This document shows positions 33,181-45,570 of a stretch of 64,000 nt of DNA, piece after piece. A model generated the notes under the pieces. It made no database searches and was not told the DNA's origin. It saw only the letters and a program-made list of their open reading frames with translations. Source of the stretch: Psammoneis japonica (taxonomy: Eukaryota); contig QPGO01000021.1 in the NCBI GenBank assembly GCA_008632985.1, positions 682,001-746,000 on the forward strand, read 5' to 3'. A program made the translations under genes and the position numbers. Each line of letters starts with the position of its first letter. Position 1 is the first letter of the stretch.

Positions 33181-36100
33181 TGTCAGACCTGACAGAAATT
33201 GAAGGCAAATGGCAAGAATTCAAACAACAACTCCTTGCTGCTGTCTAAACAGCAGATGAGTCTCCACTCAGAGACTGTTGCAGGAGCCGAAAGACGTGTG
33301 AGTCGGTGTGATCGGGCTGCTGTTGTCATTCTTGTGAGCCTTGTGGCTCGAAAGCAAACTGCATCGCGCATGAATGCACGGAACTAAAGCACACAAAACT
33401 GTGTGCGGCAAACTAAACAGCGCGCGACACTTCGCGCGCATCCAAATCCTGTTCAAATCCTGTCACTCCCCAGTTTGCTTGAGGAGCCACAGAAACAGAT
33501 TCGACTTCGGATGGAATGAAGTTCCAGAACATGAGGGGGCGGAGAAGGTCCCAGATTTGGGAGTGACCCCAATGCTTGCTGAGAATGTCAGCAGGGTTGC
33601 GGGAGCCTTCGATGAAGTGGAACTCAAGGCAACCAGAGGCAATTGCCTCACGCACACGGTGGAACGACAGTGCGGTGTGTCGCTTGTGTAACTTGGAGTG
33701 CGGGATGGTGGCACTGTCTACAACCGACTTGTTGTCACCGAACATGTAACCAACATTACGGGTCGGGACGCCAAGGCAGCGCAGGGTGATGCGCAGGTCG
33801 ACAATCTGCTCGACACAATTCCTTGCGGCAACAAATTCAGATCCGCAGGTTGCAGTCTCCACGGTGGCTTGTTTCTTGGAGAACCAATCAGCCGGGAATT
33901 TGTTGAGGAAGTGGAGCATTCCCATGACAGAGCGCCCGGTGAGCATGCAATGGCACAAGTTTGCATCGACGTAGTGGGTGGCAGTGACGAACTTGCCAAG
34001 GGGTGGTGGAGCGTCCTTCGGGATCATCTCTTCCGCTTCACCATACACGGAATGCATCCATTCATGGGCCGGAGCAGGGAGATCCGAACAGTCGGGCTCT
34101 TCCGTGCGAACGCGGAGAGCACCGTGTCGCATCTTGGAGAGGCACCCACAGACGCGTTTGGCACGATCCAAATGGCCTTGGCGGGGCGCAGCTCGGAAGC
34201 TAGAGAGTGACATGACAGCCGTGGTAATGTCAATTCGACCAAGGGACACTGCCCATTGGAGTGAACCAACAAGAGACTGGAACTTGTGAATGCCATCGGA
34301 TCCCAGCAGTTCGGAAGTGTCCAGTTCGGGGTGGTCACCCTTCTCTAGAGGTGACAGGGCGTTGGTGGCAGGTTTCTCCCCAAACAGTCGGGCGTAGCTG
34401 TCGACCATGCGCTCGATGTACTTGCGCGGAGACAGGCACAAGGTTCCGTCGGGGTCCCGGGAAAAGTCGCAACCCAGATGGAACTCAATGGGTCCCGCAC
34501 CCTTGAGCTTGAACTTGCACTTTTCCGTGAGAGTGTCGACGAAAGATTGAGGGTCCTTCATGGCAATGGCGAGGTCATCCACATAAACTGCAATGCATTC
34601 ACAGTGGTCGCCGTTCCTGCGCATCCAAATGTCGGGTTCGGCGCGGCAGGGGAAGAAACCTTCAGCTCGCAGGCAGTCGGCGAAGCGCTCGTGCCAGCGG
34701 AGACCGGAGCTGCGCAGTCCACACAGTGCCTTGTGGATGACAAGGATGTGTCCTTCGAGTTTGCCAAATTCGGGTCCAGCTACAATGCAAAGCTTCTCCT
34801 TGGTGGTGGCTTCAAGGCAGGCATTGCCAATGTCGGTGGCCCATGTCTCCAGCTCGTTGAGTTCGGCCAGGAAAATCATCAGCCGAAGGCCACGGAGGGA
34901 GACTGCTCCGGAGCAGACACTGTCGACAGGTGCGTCCGTGAGGTGCCCGTCGGCTACGAGTCGTGCCTTGTGGCGACCGTCGTGTTTCACGTCGTGCACC
35001 AGGTGCACTCGGTGCATGAGCGCCAGCAGCCATGTGTGGGCGGGCGAACCAAAACGGTCCATGACAGTGTTCGCCATGCGCTTCATGGTCTGGTGTCGAC
35101 GTTCGGCAAAGTTTTGGTGTTGCTGGTGAGGCTCACTTTGCCAGCGGAGACCGGAGCTGCGCAGTCCATGCAGTGCCTTGTGGATGACAAGGATGTGTCC
35201 TTCGAGTTTGCCAAATTCGGGTCCAGCCACAATGTAAAGCTTCTCCTTGGTGGTGGCTTCAAGGTGGGCATTGCCAATGTCGGTGGCCCATGTCTCCAGC
35301 TCGTTGAGTTCGGCCAGGAAAATCATCAGCCGAAGGCCACGGAGGGAGACTGCTCCGGAGTAGACACTGTCGACAGGCATGTCCGTGAGGTGCCCGTCGG
35401 CTACGAGTCGTGCCTTGTGGCGACCGTCGTGTTTCACGTCGTGCACCAGGTGCACTCGGATCTTCTTGTGTCCCGCAGGAGGAGTGGAAGACTTGAAGGG
35501 CCCGCAGTCATGGAAGACTTCGTATTCGTCGAGTTGGTCCATCTCGAGATTAGTTGCGTCTCCCCACTTGCGGTTGCCGTTGCGTTCGTCCAGTGACATG
35601 GCGTGTTTGTAGTTCCGGGGAACTTCGCATCCGCACTTGTAGCGAGGTGCAGTGTGGAAGGAGCGAAGCTTGGCTTGGTTGGCCATGCGAAATGGCTTCT
35701 TTTGGCGCCTCGCGACAGTGCGGAACCACTTCCAGCCATCCGTGTCGAGGAGTCCGTTCTCTCGTGCATAGATGGCACAGGTGACGGGGTCGTCCTTGGC
35801 AATGATGACAAGAGGCTCGGACGTGATCTCCCCACTTTCCCATTCAAGCATGATGTTGTAGCTTGAGCCTTTCCAGGTTGGGTCGTGAGGCTTCAGAGGT
35901 CCTTCGTGTGATGCGATGCGTCGAAATTTCCAAATGGTGGTGTCTTCGTCTTCTTGCTCAATGTGATTCATGATGTCATTGCAGGCAAGGACTTCCTCGT
36001 ATTCGTCATTGTTGACAGAGCAGACGAACTTAGTGAGCTCGGGATTGCCGTTCACTTTCCATTCGTGGTCTTCAACGGCCTTGACGATGCGAGCTCTGTG

Positions 36101-39100
36101 GCGTTGTCCGTCCTCTTGTGGCTGCATGAGGAAGGTGCGTCCAATGATGTCTTGCGGATCGAAAACTGGCATCTTGGGTGTCCTGATCTCCCCATCAGTA
36201 GAATCGACGGGGTTGTCGTCATGGCGAGATTTGATGATGGGTTCAGGTGGCTCCCCATCAGGAGGATCAAGACGCAGGTTTCGAACGGCAGGATCGGGGG
36301 CAGCGGAGCGAACGTTGGACCGGCAGAGGATCTTCTGAGTCTCGTCAGATAGGATCTTGAAGGTCATCTGGTGGCCGACGTGCTCAGCAATGCCAACAAA
36401 GCGTCCACGCAACTCACGGGATTCGGACGGCCAATCGGAGTCATCGAGGTGGAAGCACACTGGTTCCCACCAGTGAAAGCGAAGCAATGGGCTGATGTCC
36501 GGGGTGGATCCAGTGAGAGTCTCGAGGGGCATGCGCCAGTGGAGACGTGGGGACGCTGTGTGGTTGAGCATGAAGCACACGTGCATGAGCACCAGCAGCC
36601 ATGTGTGGGCGGGCGAACCAAAACGGTCCATGACAGTGTTCGCCATGCGCTTCACGGTCTGGTGTCGACGTTCGGCAAAGTTTTGGTGTTGCTGGTGAGG
36701 CTCACTTTGCCAGCTGGAGATGAAGAGGGCGCGTAGGATCCCGAGCACTTTGTTGCTGATCTCAACTTGAGCACGGTCGCTAATGAGTTTGGATGGGGCA
36801 CCACGTTCACGGATCTGATCCTCGAGTGTGTTGACAAACTCTTTGTCCGTCTTGGTGCCGCAGACGTCAGTGACGGTAGACTCGGTGCCAACAAACAGTT
36901 GGGCGCTGGTGCAACCAGAGTCGACGGCCGGGGTGTCGGCACAAACGGTGTCAGTGGCGACAGGCTCGTTGCGGCGGTGCACATTAAGGGCGGGGTTGGG
37001 TGATTTGCAGGCCTTGCGAAGGTGTGTACCGGCGGGCATGCGGGCGCACTGCGTGGTGCAGTCAAAAGTACGACGGACCGCATCGGCAGGTAGGAAGCCA
37101 AAGCAAGGCCGAAGAGACTCGAAGGGGGGGTCCTTGGGCTTTACAGTGCGCTCCGGAGGTGGAACGTCATCGCCCTTGGGGTCAATCGCATGCAGATGAC
37201 ACTCGTAGAACACGTCGTCGTTCGGAATGAGGTGATCATCGAGGGCGGACGCGTGATCGGCAGACAAGGAAGCAGACAAGATGGTCTCGTTGACAACGAC
37301 ACGGTGACGGCAGTTGCCGCATTCGTCAAACAGGTTGGCAGTGGGATCGTCCTGCAGGTCAGAGATCGCGTCGCACCACTGGTCGTCGTCAGTGACAGAG
37401 TGATCGAGGACGGAAGGGTCCCATGTGTCATCACCGGAGGATGACATGGGGCAGGGTGTCCCATTCGGCGTCAGTGCAAGGTCGCATGGCAACACAAGGC
37501 AGGCCAGCCTTGATGTCAATGGGGATGACACAGCCATCAGGAGTGGCAATGCGTTGCAAGCCGTTGGGCACCTTGACAGAGCGATCGTTGACATCCTGTT
37601 TGCACCATTCGAGCTGGCCGCAGGAATGGATGGTCTTGCCCTTTCCCGTGCATGCGCACTGATGGAGGATGGCGATGACGGGACCACGCTGGGTCTCAAT
37701 GACGGCACCAGCGGTGACAATGGGGATGTCCACCAATTGATGATCGTCAATGCCCTGAACGTCGACTTGGCGAGAGGTGCGTGCAATGACGCGAACGTCG
37801 TCGCCAGCAATGCCGCCGTTGGCCCCACGATCGACTAGAGTGCCCGTGCGTGTGGAGCGATGAGCAGAGGCAGAGCAAATGACATTGTGGTTGTCAACNN
37901 NNNNNNNNNNNNNNNNNNNNNNNNNNNNNNNNNNNNNNNNNNNNNNNNNNNNNNNNNNNNNNNNNNNNNNNNNNNNNNNNNNNNNNNNNNNNNNNNNNNN
38001 NNNNNNNNNNNNNNNNNNNNNNNNNNNNNNNNNNNNNNNNNNNNNNNNNNNNNNNNNNNNNNNNNNNNNNNNNNNNNNNNNNNNNNNNNNNNNNNNNNNN
38101 NNNNNNNNNNNNNNNNNNNNNNNNNNNNNNNNNNNNNNNNNNNNNNNNNNNNNNNNNNNNNNNNNNNNNNNNNNNNNNNNNNNNNNNNNNNNNNNNNNNN
38201 NNNNNNNNNNNNNNNNNNNNNNNNNNNNNNNNNNNNNNNNNNNNNNNNNNNNNNNNNNNNNNNNNNNNNNNNNNNNNNNNNNNNNNNNNNNNNNNNNNNN
38301 NNNNNNNNNNNNNNNNNNNNNNNNNNNNNNNNNNNNNNNNNNNNNNNNNNNNNNNNNNNNNNNNNNNNNNNNNNNNNNNNNNNNNNNNNNNNNNNNNNNN
38401 NNNNNNNNNNNNNNNNNNNNNNNNNNNNNNNNNNNNNNNNNNNNNNNNNNNNNNNNNNNNNNNNNNNNNNNNNNNNNNNNNNNNNNNNNNNNNNGAACAA
38501 AGAGGAGTCGTTGGCAACGTCAAGACCCTTGTGTGCTTTGACAATGTACAGGCCAACTGGTGCTGCTAACATGTTCTTATAGCCACGGGGCAAAGGGATT
38601 GCATTGGTGCCATTGTCGCACTCAAGCGAGTCGATTTGGGACGGTGTGAACGTGAACAGTTCCTGGTGCGAGTCCGTGCCGTCTTGGGCCAAAGCCAAAT
38701 GAAGAGGACTCCCAGCACCTTGAGCAAGCACGGTTCCAACAACGTGCTCGAAACCATCGGTTTGTTGCTGACGAGTGAGAACCATGGCAGACAAAAGTGG
38801 TGTCAGGACAATCAATTCTGGTTGGGAAGCGAAGGCAGACTCGAAAACTTGGATGAGAACAGACTTGACTTGAAACAGACTTGACTTGAAATCTTGAACT
38901 ATCTTAAAATCAGAAGTCGCCGGGCTTTGTCATCCCGTTCGTTGTCAAGTGCTAAACTTCCTGTCCGGTCCGCAGAGTTGTGCCGGCACGTCCGAACCCG
39001 CAGCTGGCGGCACTTTGGGTTGCTTGCGAGCGGAGCAGCGGGTTGTAAACCCCTGCAGGTGAGCTGACTAGAGGTGGACAAGACCCCCGAACCGTTCTTA

Positions 39101-40001
39101 TTTTACATCGGTTGGATTTCCCGATCAGGCTGGCCAGTTGACGCAGGCGTCAGGCGCTGTGGATGAACGAACAAACGTGGGAAAGCACCCTCGCCCCAAC
39201 GCAGGCTGCAATCATGGCCACTTGCTCTCACAGTCGTCCTCGTGGACCTAGCAGAACTGTAGAGCACCAGTAGTCCGGGGTAGATCAGGTACAATGGACT
39301 CGGTGTGCTTGTAGAGTGGCAGCAAAACCGCAGTCCGAAGAGTGGGTACAGGTTCTTGGCCGTGAAGATATGTATATATATATATGTCTTCAGCAACGAA
39401 GATCCTTGAATATGTAGGGTTCTTGACCGTTAACCGATGAATAGGTATATCAAGGGATGAGGATCAAGGATAGACTTGGATATGACCGTTGAATGTATGT
39501 CTTCAGCGATAAAAGGTAGTATAATCAATCCAGATATCCAGCGGTAAGGAGACTTGACGGTGACGTTAACTTCCTGCCGATGCCCTGGTATTGAATGCGC
39601 GTAGACTTGCCGATGTATGTAGAATATATACGGAGGTCCACGTAGAATTGAAATAGCGTCGTTGGTAAATCAACGACGACGATGGCGGTTGCTCAATGGG
39701 TTGACAATGAGCAAGACTGTTAATCTGACAGAAAATGAAGGCAAATGGCAAGAATTCAAACAATAACTCCTTACTGCTGTCTAAATAGCAGATGAGTCTC
39801 CGCTCAGAGACCGTTGCAGGAGCCGAAAGACGTGCAAGTCGGTGTGATCGGGCCACTGTTGTCATTCTTGTGAGCCTTGTGGCTCGAAAGCAAACTACAT
39901 CGCGCGTGAACGCGCGGAACTAAAGCACACAAAACTGTGCGTGGTAAACTAAACAGCGCGCGACACTTCGCGCGCATCCAAATCCTGTTCAAATCCTGTC
40001 A
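33181..40001 (-). mobile_element. Ty1/Copia (diatom CoDi-like) LTR retrotransposon, mutated, spanning an assembly gap
   Basis: ~285-bp LTRs at 33181-33465 and 39718-40001; PPT GGGGAG; gag from ~38785; protease ALVDRGANGG; integrase DRAQVE..NFAERR; RT KARLVADG, YVDD; RNase H NPADILSK; frameshift at ~37435. No matching TSD seen. Confidence 0.92.
37899..38494. other. Assembly gap (596 N)
   Basis: Run of N. Confidence 1.
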
Positions 40002-41190
40002 TGTCTGATCACTGAATCTTGTTCAAACTCTGTCACTCCCCAACTTTCTGATGATGCAATGGGCAGGCCCCAATTGCCTGCATTCTCGAGATGCTCAGCA
40101 GGCAAGTCTCGAGACTGCTGCCAATCTGACAGAAATCCATGAAGACTTCTTGGGGGACGTTTCAGATGACCACCAACAATTGAGGACTGCTCATTTGTTG
40201 GCACTGTTTGCCATGCAGTGTTGTGCCTGTCGCTCTCATGTCGGCTGGCAAGCAGAACTCTGGCCCGGACCCTTTTCACCGGCTTCGCTGAAGGCCCTCA
40301 ATGAAGGGGATGAGACGTCTGCTCGGGACATGCACACTGGTCCAACCAGGTTGAAGTGCCTGGACTTGTGCCCATCATGCGCACCCCATGCACGGGTGAC
40401 ATGGAAACACGCAGAACATTGCATGCTTGGGTGGGACTCGAACCCACGACCCTCCTTGCCAAGGTGGAACACCTGGGCCATCTGGGTCATGCACTCATTT
40501 GTCTTTTCAGGCCCACTGCATTGAAGAAAGCAGATCATCTGATCACTGAATCCTTGGATTCCCAGGCAATTCAACCTGGTTAGACCGGCGTGTGTGTCCC
40601 GAGTGGACGTCTCATCCCCTTCGTTGAGGGCCTTCAGCGAAGCCGGTGAAAAGGGTCCGAGCCAGAGTTCCGCTTGCCAGCCAACATGAGAGCAACAGGC
40701 ATGACACTGCGTGGCAAACAGCACCAACAAATGAGCAGTCCTCAATTGTTGGTGGTCATCCAAAATGTCCCCTGACAAGTCTTCACAGATTTCTGTCAGA
40801 TTGGCAGTCTCAAGACTTGCCTGCTGAGTCTCTCGAGAATGCAGGCGATTGGCGCCTGCCCACTGCATTATCAGAAAGTTGGGGCATGACAGAATTTGAA
40901 CAAGATTCAGTGATCAGACAATCTGCTTTCTTCAATGCAGCGGGCCTGAAAAGACAAATGAATGTGCAATCTAGATGGTCCAGGTGTTCCGCCGTGGCAA
41001 GGAGGGTCGTGGGTTCGAGTCCCACCCAAGCACCGCAATGTTCGGCGTGTTTCTGTGTCACCCGCGCATGGGACGTGCATGATGGGCTCAAGTCCAGGCA
41101 CTTCAACCTGGTTAGACTGGCGCACATGTCCCAAGCGGATGTCTCGTCCCCTTCGTTGAGGGCCTTCAGCGAAGCCGGTGGAAAGGGTCT
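40002..41190. mobile_element. TRIM-like miniature LTR element (LTR ~450 bp, internal ~80 bp) in inverted and tandem arrangement, with a tRNA-like segment in the LTR
   Basis: 40002-40355 is the reverse complement of 40570-40920, and 40355-40545 of 40921-41100; LTR termini and PPT match the neighbouring Copia; T-arm GTGGG-TTCGAGT-CCCAC at 41009-41025. Confidence 0.7.
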
Positions 41191-41192
41191 GA

Positions 41193-42805
41193 CGGGTTCC
41201 AGTCCCAGGTGGGACTCCGTGTGACATTGGGCCCGCAGAATTCTGCGTGCGAGCTCTGCAGTGCGAGAATTTGATCAATGGATGTGTTTGTCTTCAACAT
41301 CAAACAAACGGCCAAGTTTGTGGTGCAATTGTGCCTCTTGCCACTCAATGTTTTTGCAAATGCGCCTGCCCTGCGCGATTCTTAAGACATCATAGAATCG
41401 CGCTGTGGCAAAAAATGTCAAAAGTTGTTGGAAGGATCGCTCAACAAGTGCACCGTAAAATGGCACAAAATGTTGAAAAAATCACGTAGAAATCTACGTG
41501 CGCGACATGCGACGTGATTCAAAAAACTGTCGATGTCACAGTTCAGTGGTGCGAGGGCGGTCCCACCTGGCAGACCTGGAATGCGTCGTCTGGGCCAGAG
41601 CTCTGCTTGCCAGCCGACACAAGAGCAACAGGTGTGATGCTGCGCAGCAAATGGCGCCAACAAACAAGTGGTCCTCAACCATTGGCGGTCATCCGAAATG
41701 TCCCCTGAGAAGTTTTCACAGATTTCTGTCATTCATCATCATCACTCTCCTCATCATCCTCGTCATCGTCGCTCTCACCCCCGTCTTTTCTTTCATCGCT
41801 TTCATCCTGAAGCCATTTGCGAACTGCTTGTGGCATTCATCGTGCAGATGTCATTGGCGGGCCTTCTCATGACAATTTCAGGTCAGGACGGGTTCCAGTC
41901 CCAGGTGGGACTCCGTGTGACATTGGGCCCGTAGAATTCCACGTGCGAGCTCCGCAGTGCGAGAATTTAATTGATGGATGCAACATCAAACAAACGGCCA
42001 AGTTTGTGGTGCAATTGTGCCTCTTGCAACTCGACGTTTTTGCAAATGTGCCTGCCCTGCGCGATTCTTAAGACATGTAGAATCGCGCTGCAACAAAAAA
42101 TGTCAAAAGTTGTTGGACGGATCGCTCAATGAGTGTGCCGTAAAATGACACAAAATGTCGAAAAAATCACGTAGAAATCTACATGCGCGACATGCGACGT
42201 GATTCAAAAAACTGTTGATGTCACAGTTCAGCAGCACGAGGTCCCACCCAGACCTGGAACGCATCCCCAGTTCTTTTTCCAGAACTTGCAAAATTGTGCC
42301 CAGGAGCTTGTTGGTTTGTCTTCTCCTTCGACTGGCTCCGTCTTGAGAAACTTTCCTTTGCAGTTCAATTTGAGGGTCCAACCATTTTTCTTGTCCGCAG
42401 ACGTGTTCCAGATGCACCGACAGGTGGGAATCCATGTGACGTTGGGCCAGTGGAATTCTGGGAGCGAGCTCCACAGCAAAGTCATCAGGCAATTTATGTG
42501 TCAATGATCGCCAACAGAAAATGAGGCAATTTTGCGAATGCACAAACTCGCCTGTGATTAAAGCACATCATTTTCCACTTGGCCAGGTGCGTTCTTCAGA
42601 AATTGAAGAATGAACCTGGTGTGTTTGTGTTCCCATGCACAACTTCTTTGAACAAAATGTCTGGGGTTTTGCAAAACAGCAAGTGTGGAACAATTTTTTG
42701 GAAGATCGCATGCAGAAATGTGTGCGCGAAACATGCAACGGATGACAAAAAGCAATTGTGTCACATGCCAGTGCTGCGAGCTCCCACCTGCTGGGCCTGG
42801 AACGC
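41193..42805. mobile_element. Three ~370-400-bp MITE-like elements (41193-41585, 41889-42262, 42402-42805)
   Basis: Imperfect TIRs GTTCCAG..CAGGTGGGA / TCCCACC..CTGGAA; the first two are highly similar direct copies. Confidence 0.65.
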
Positions 42806-42999
42806 ATCCGCATCGTTTGTGCAATCCACTCTTTTTCACGGTGGGAGGTGAGTTCTCAAGCCGACACCTGTCTCTTCTCCAACCAGTCTCGTTGCACATG
42901 GCACAGAAAGTTCCTTTGTGTCATCAAAACATGCGTGAAGCACTGCACACATTTCGGGTGCAAGAAGCATCTTGTTTGCATTCTGCCCAGTCTTCCCTT

Positions 43000-45570
43000 T
43001 GAGACCATGTTTTGGAAAGATGTTGCTCTTTCCCTGCTCATTTTTCATGAGCTCCAATTTGCACAGAAGCCACATGCTGGTTTCTGTGCATTTGCACAGA
43101 TTTTGCACCAGCCGCATTGCAGGGCGGGGGTGTTGTTCACCGGCCCCAATGAACTCTTTCTCTGACAAAATGAATCTCTTGATGGACTCCTCACATGGTC
43201 TCCCAAGCTCTGCACAGACAGTGTCACAATCGGCCCGGGAACCAATCCCTCCAAATCAAAGGTTGACCTGATGCCTTGCATGGACAAGAGCAAAGCCAGT
43301 TCCATCATCAAGCACTGCCCTCAGAAATGTCCTCCCACCAACAAAGGCCATCTTCTTCTAAAACGTAACACACAAAATGCCGCAGCCGGCAAGTGTTGCA
43401 AGTTGGTGACTGACCAGGGTTGCGGCATTTTTGAGTGCTGTTGTCACAAAGTTTGCAAGCCAAAGTGCTCAAAATCCAAGCCATTGAAGAAAACAAAAAA
43501 GAGTTTGGGAATGAACTCTTTACAAACTGCCAAACGTCAGGCAATTGGCACTGTGGGTCAATGCACAATGACAAGAAGCTCAGCCGAGGTTGCACCATGC
43601 AGAGTGACGGCAAGTGTGCCACAACAACTCTGCCCATTCACAAAGAGCACTGATGTCAGTTTTGCTTCATGATCAAGTTCCACAATTTTGGCAATCTGGA
43701 AGATGGGTGCTTCCACCTGCTGTGCGGTCATGGTTGTGGCACCCACACTTTTCACACATGCCCAGGCAGTGGTGATCATGTGACGCAGTCTCTGTCTCAG
43801 TTGTCTGGAGAGACACTGGATCTGGAGTGATTTGTTGTTTGATGCATCACATGATCAATGAAATCGTCACCCAATCTCAGGTCCAGCGCCTTCAGTCAAG
43901 ACTGCAGTCTTCTGTCTCTGCCATCAAGTCATCCTTCTCTGACAAGTTGCTCAGGTGCATTTGTGTGACAGGCATCAATCACTGTCCTTCACAGCCTTGC
44001 ATCACTTGGTTGATTCTCAGTTTGTGAAGCATTGCAAGGGCCGTCCTCCAAAGGGCAGCTGCCATCCATGTTGGAGATCAGAAATGATCTCGCTGTGAAC
44101 GTGGAACCCACTGTCAACAACTGTGTTGCAGATGCTGATGACTGCATGCCTGCCTTGACCGGCTGGTCCTCTGGGGATGACTCTGATGATGACAACAATG
44201 ATGATGCGGAAAACAATCTGCAGCACACGCAAGGCTTCATTGAGTCAGATGTTGCAACAGGCCAGGTGGTCTCATCCAAGGTGGTGCATTTTGGTCCACA
44301 TCAGCCGGGTGCAACAAAGCATCAAGCCACATGATGAGAACAATTGCCTCTTTCATTTGCGTTGTTGCGTGAGGCACCGCGACGAGTGCACTGGGACTCC
44401 CAGGGAAGGCATGGACAAAGCTGCAAAGAAAAGCAGTGCAGCATCAAGACCCAACATGAACATGGACACATCCGCCAAAGCCATGGAGAATCAATCACAA
44501 ATGAAGAAACATGAAACCAAAATGAAGAGAGCACGTGACTTGTGCGCATCAAATTTGTGGGTGAAGACTGGCCTTGAAGGCAAGGTTGTGAACCTTGTGG
44601 AGCAACTCACAAAAACACAAGTCCTGCAGTCTGTCAACTGCTGCATTGCCCAAACTGGTCCATCAGAGTGCTTGTTTCTTTGCAAAGGGGTTTTGGTGAT
44701 GCAAGTTTACCCAGAACATGTGATGTCCTTCCACGTTTCCATCATTTACGTCATGTGACCAAGACACCCAACAGTCATCTCATTTGTGATTGTGGATGCC
44801 ATCATCACCATGGCATTCTGTGTCACCACACCATTGCCACATCTGGTGCTCCTTCTCTCCATGACATGTCTGTTGGGTGGCAAAAAGAACACCAGTGCTT
44901 GGCTCATGAGGACGGGTGCAAAGACATGACAGATCTGTTTGAAAGATGCACAGACAGCGAGACCTCCATGCAAGGTTGCAACAATGACACCCTGCCATCA
45001 CAATGTCCTGAGCTGAACAACCTCTGTCATGCAGACTGTTTGGCTTTGGAGTCATTCAACGAAGCAAAAAACTCACCTGTGCCACTTTGCTTCAATCACC
45101 CCATTTCCACATGTGATGGCAAGCCATCCAGCAATGAAGATGGCATGATCATGACCCAGGAAACATTGACTCAAGATTGGGGTGACAACAATGATGATGA
45201 CCAACTTGGAGACTCAACTCTCATGCTCAACATGTGTCACCGTGACCTCAAAAACCTTGCAAATGGGGAACCAGAGCTGTGCTCCATTGCACAGAATGCC
45301 ACAATTGAAGCCACTGGCAGGTGCAAACACAAAGTCATTGAATTAAATCCCAATCACTCGTCTGCAATGCAGAACTTGGAAACAGTCTCATCTGCAGTGG
45401 GAGTGTCAACTCATCTACAATCGAAGCGATGCAAAACCCGCAGTTGGAGGCAAGAGCCAATCACACATCCAAATCACTTTTGCAAAACTGGGAGTTTCTT
45501 TTCCTTTTCCACACACCACATGCACAACCAATCATTCACCTGCACATCCACCAACCGGTGGGTGTCATAG
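43000..45570 (+). mobile_element. Decayed SWIM-domain (MULE/Mutator-like) transposase remnant
   Basis: HLICDCGCHHHHGILCHH matches SWIM CxCx(n)CxH with Y->C/H changes; lies between TIR-bearing modules; no intact ORF. Confidence 0.45.

Noticed and set aside
33170..33181. Target-site duplication for the Copia element
   Set aside because: The flanks (ACAAA left, TGTCT right) do not match.
37835..38815. ORFs containing long X runs
   Set aside because: They read through the N gap; only the flanking gag and protease fragments are real.
40960..41032. Functional tRNA gene
   Set aside because: The T-arm is perfect but no convincing acceptor or anticodon stem could be paired; treated as a tRNA-derived LTR segment.
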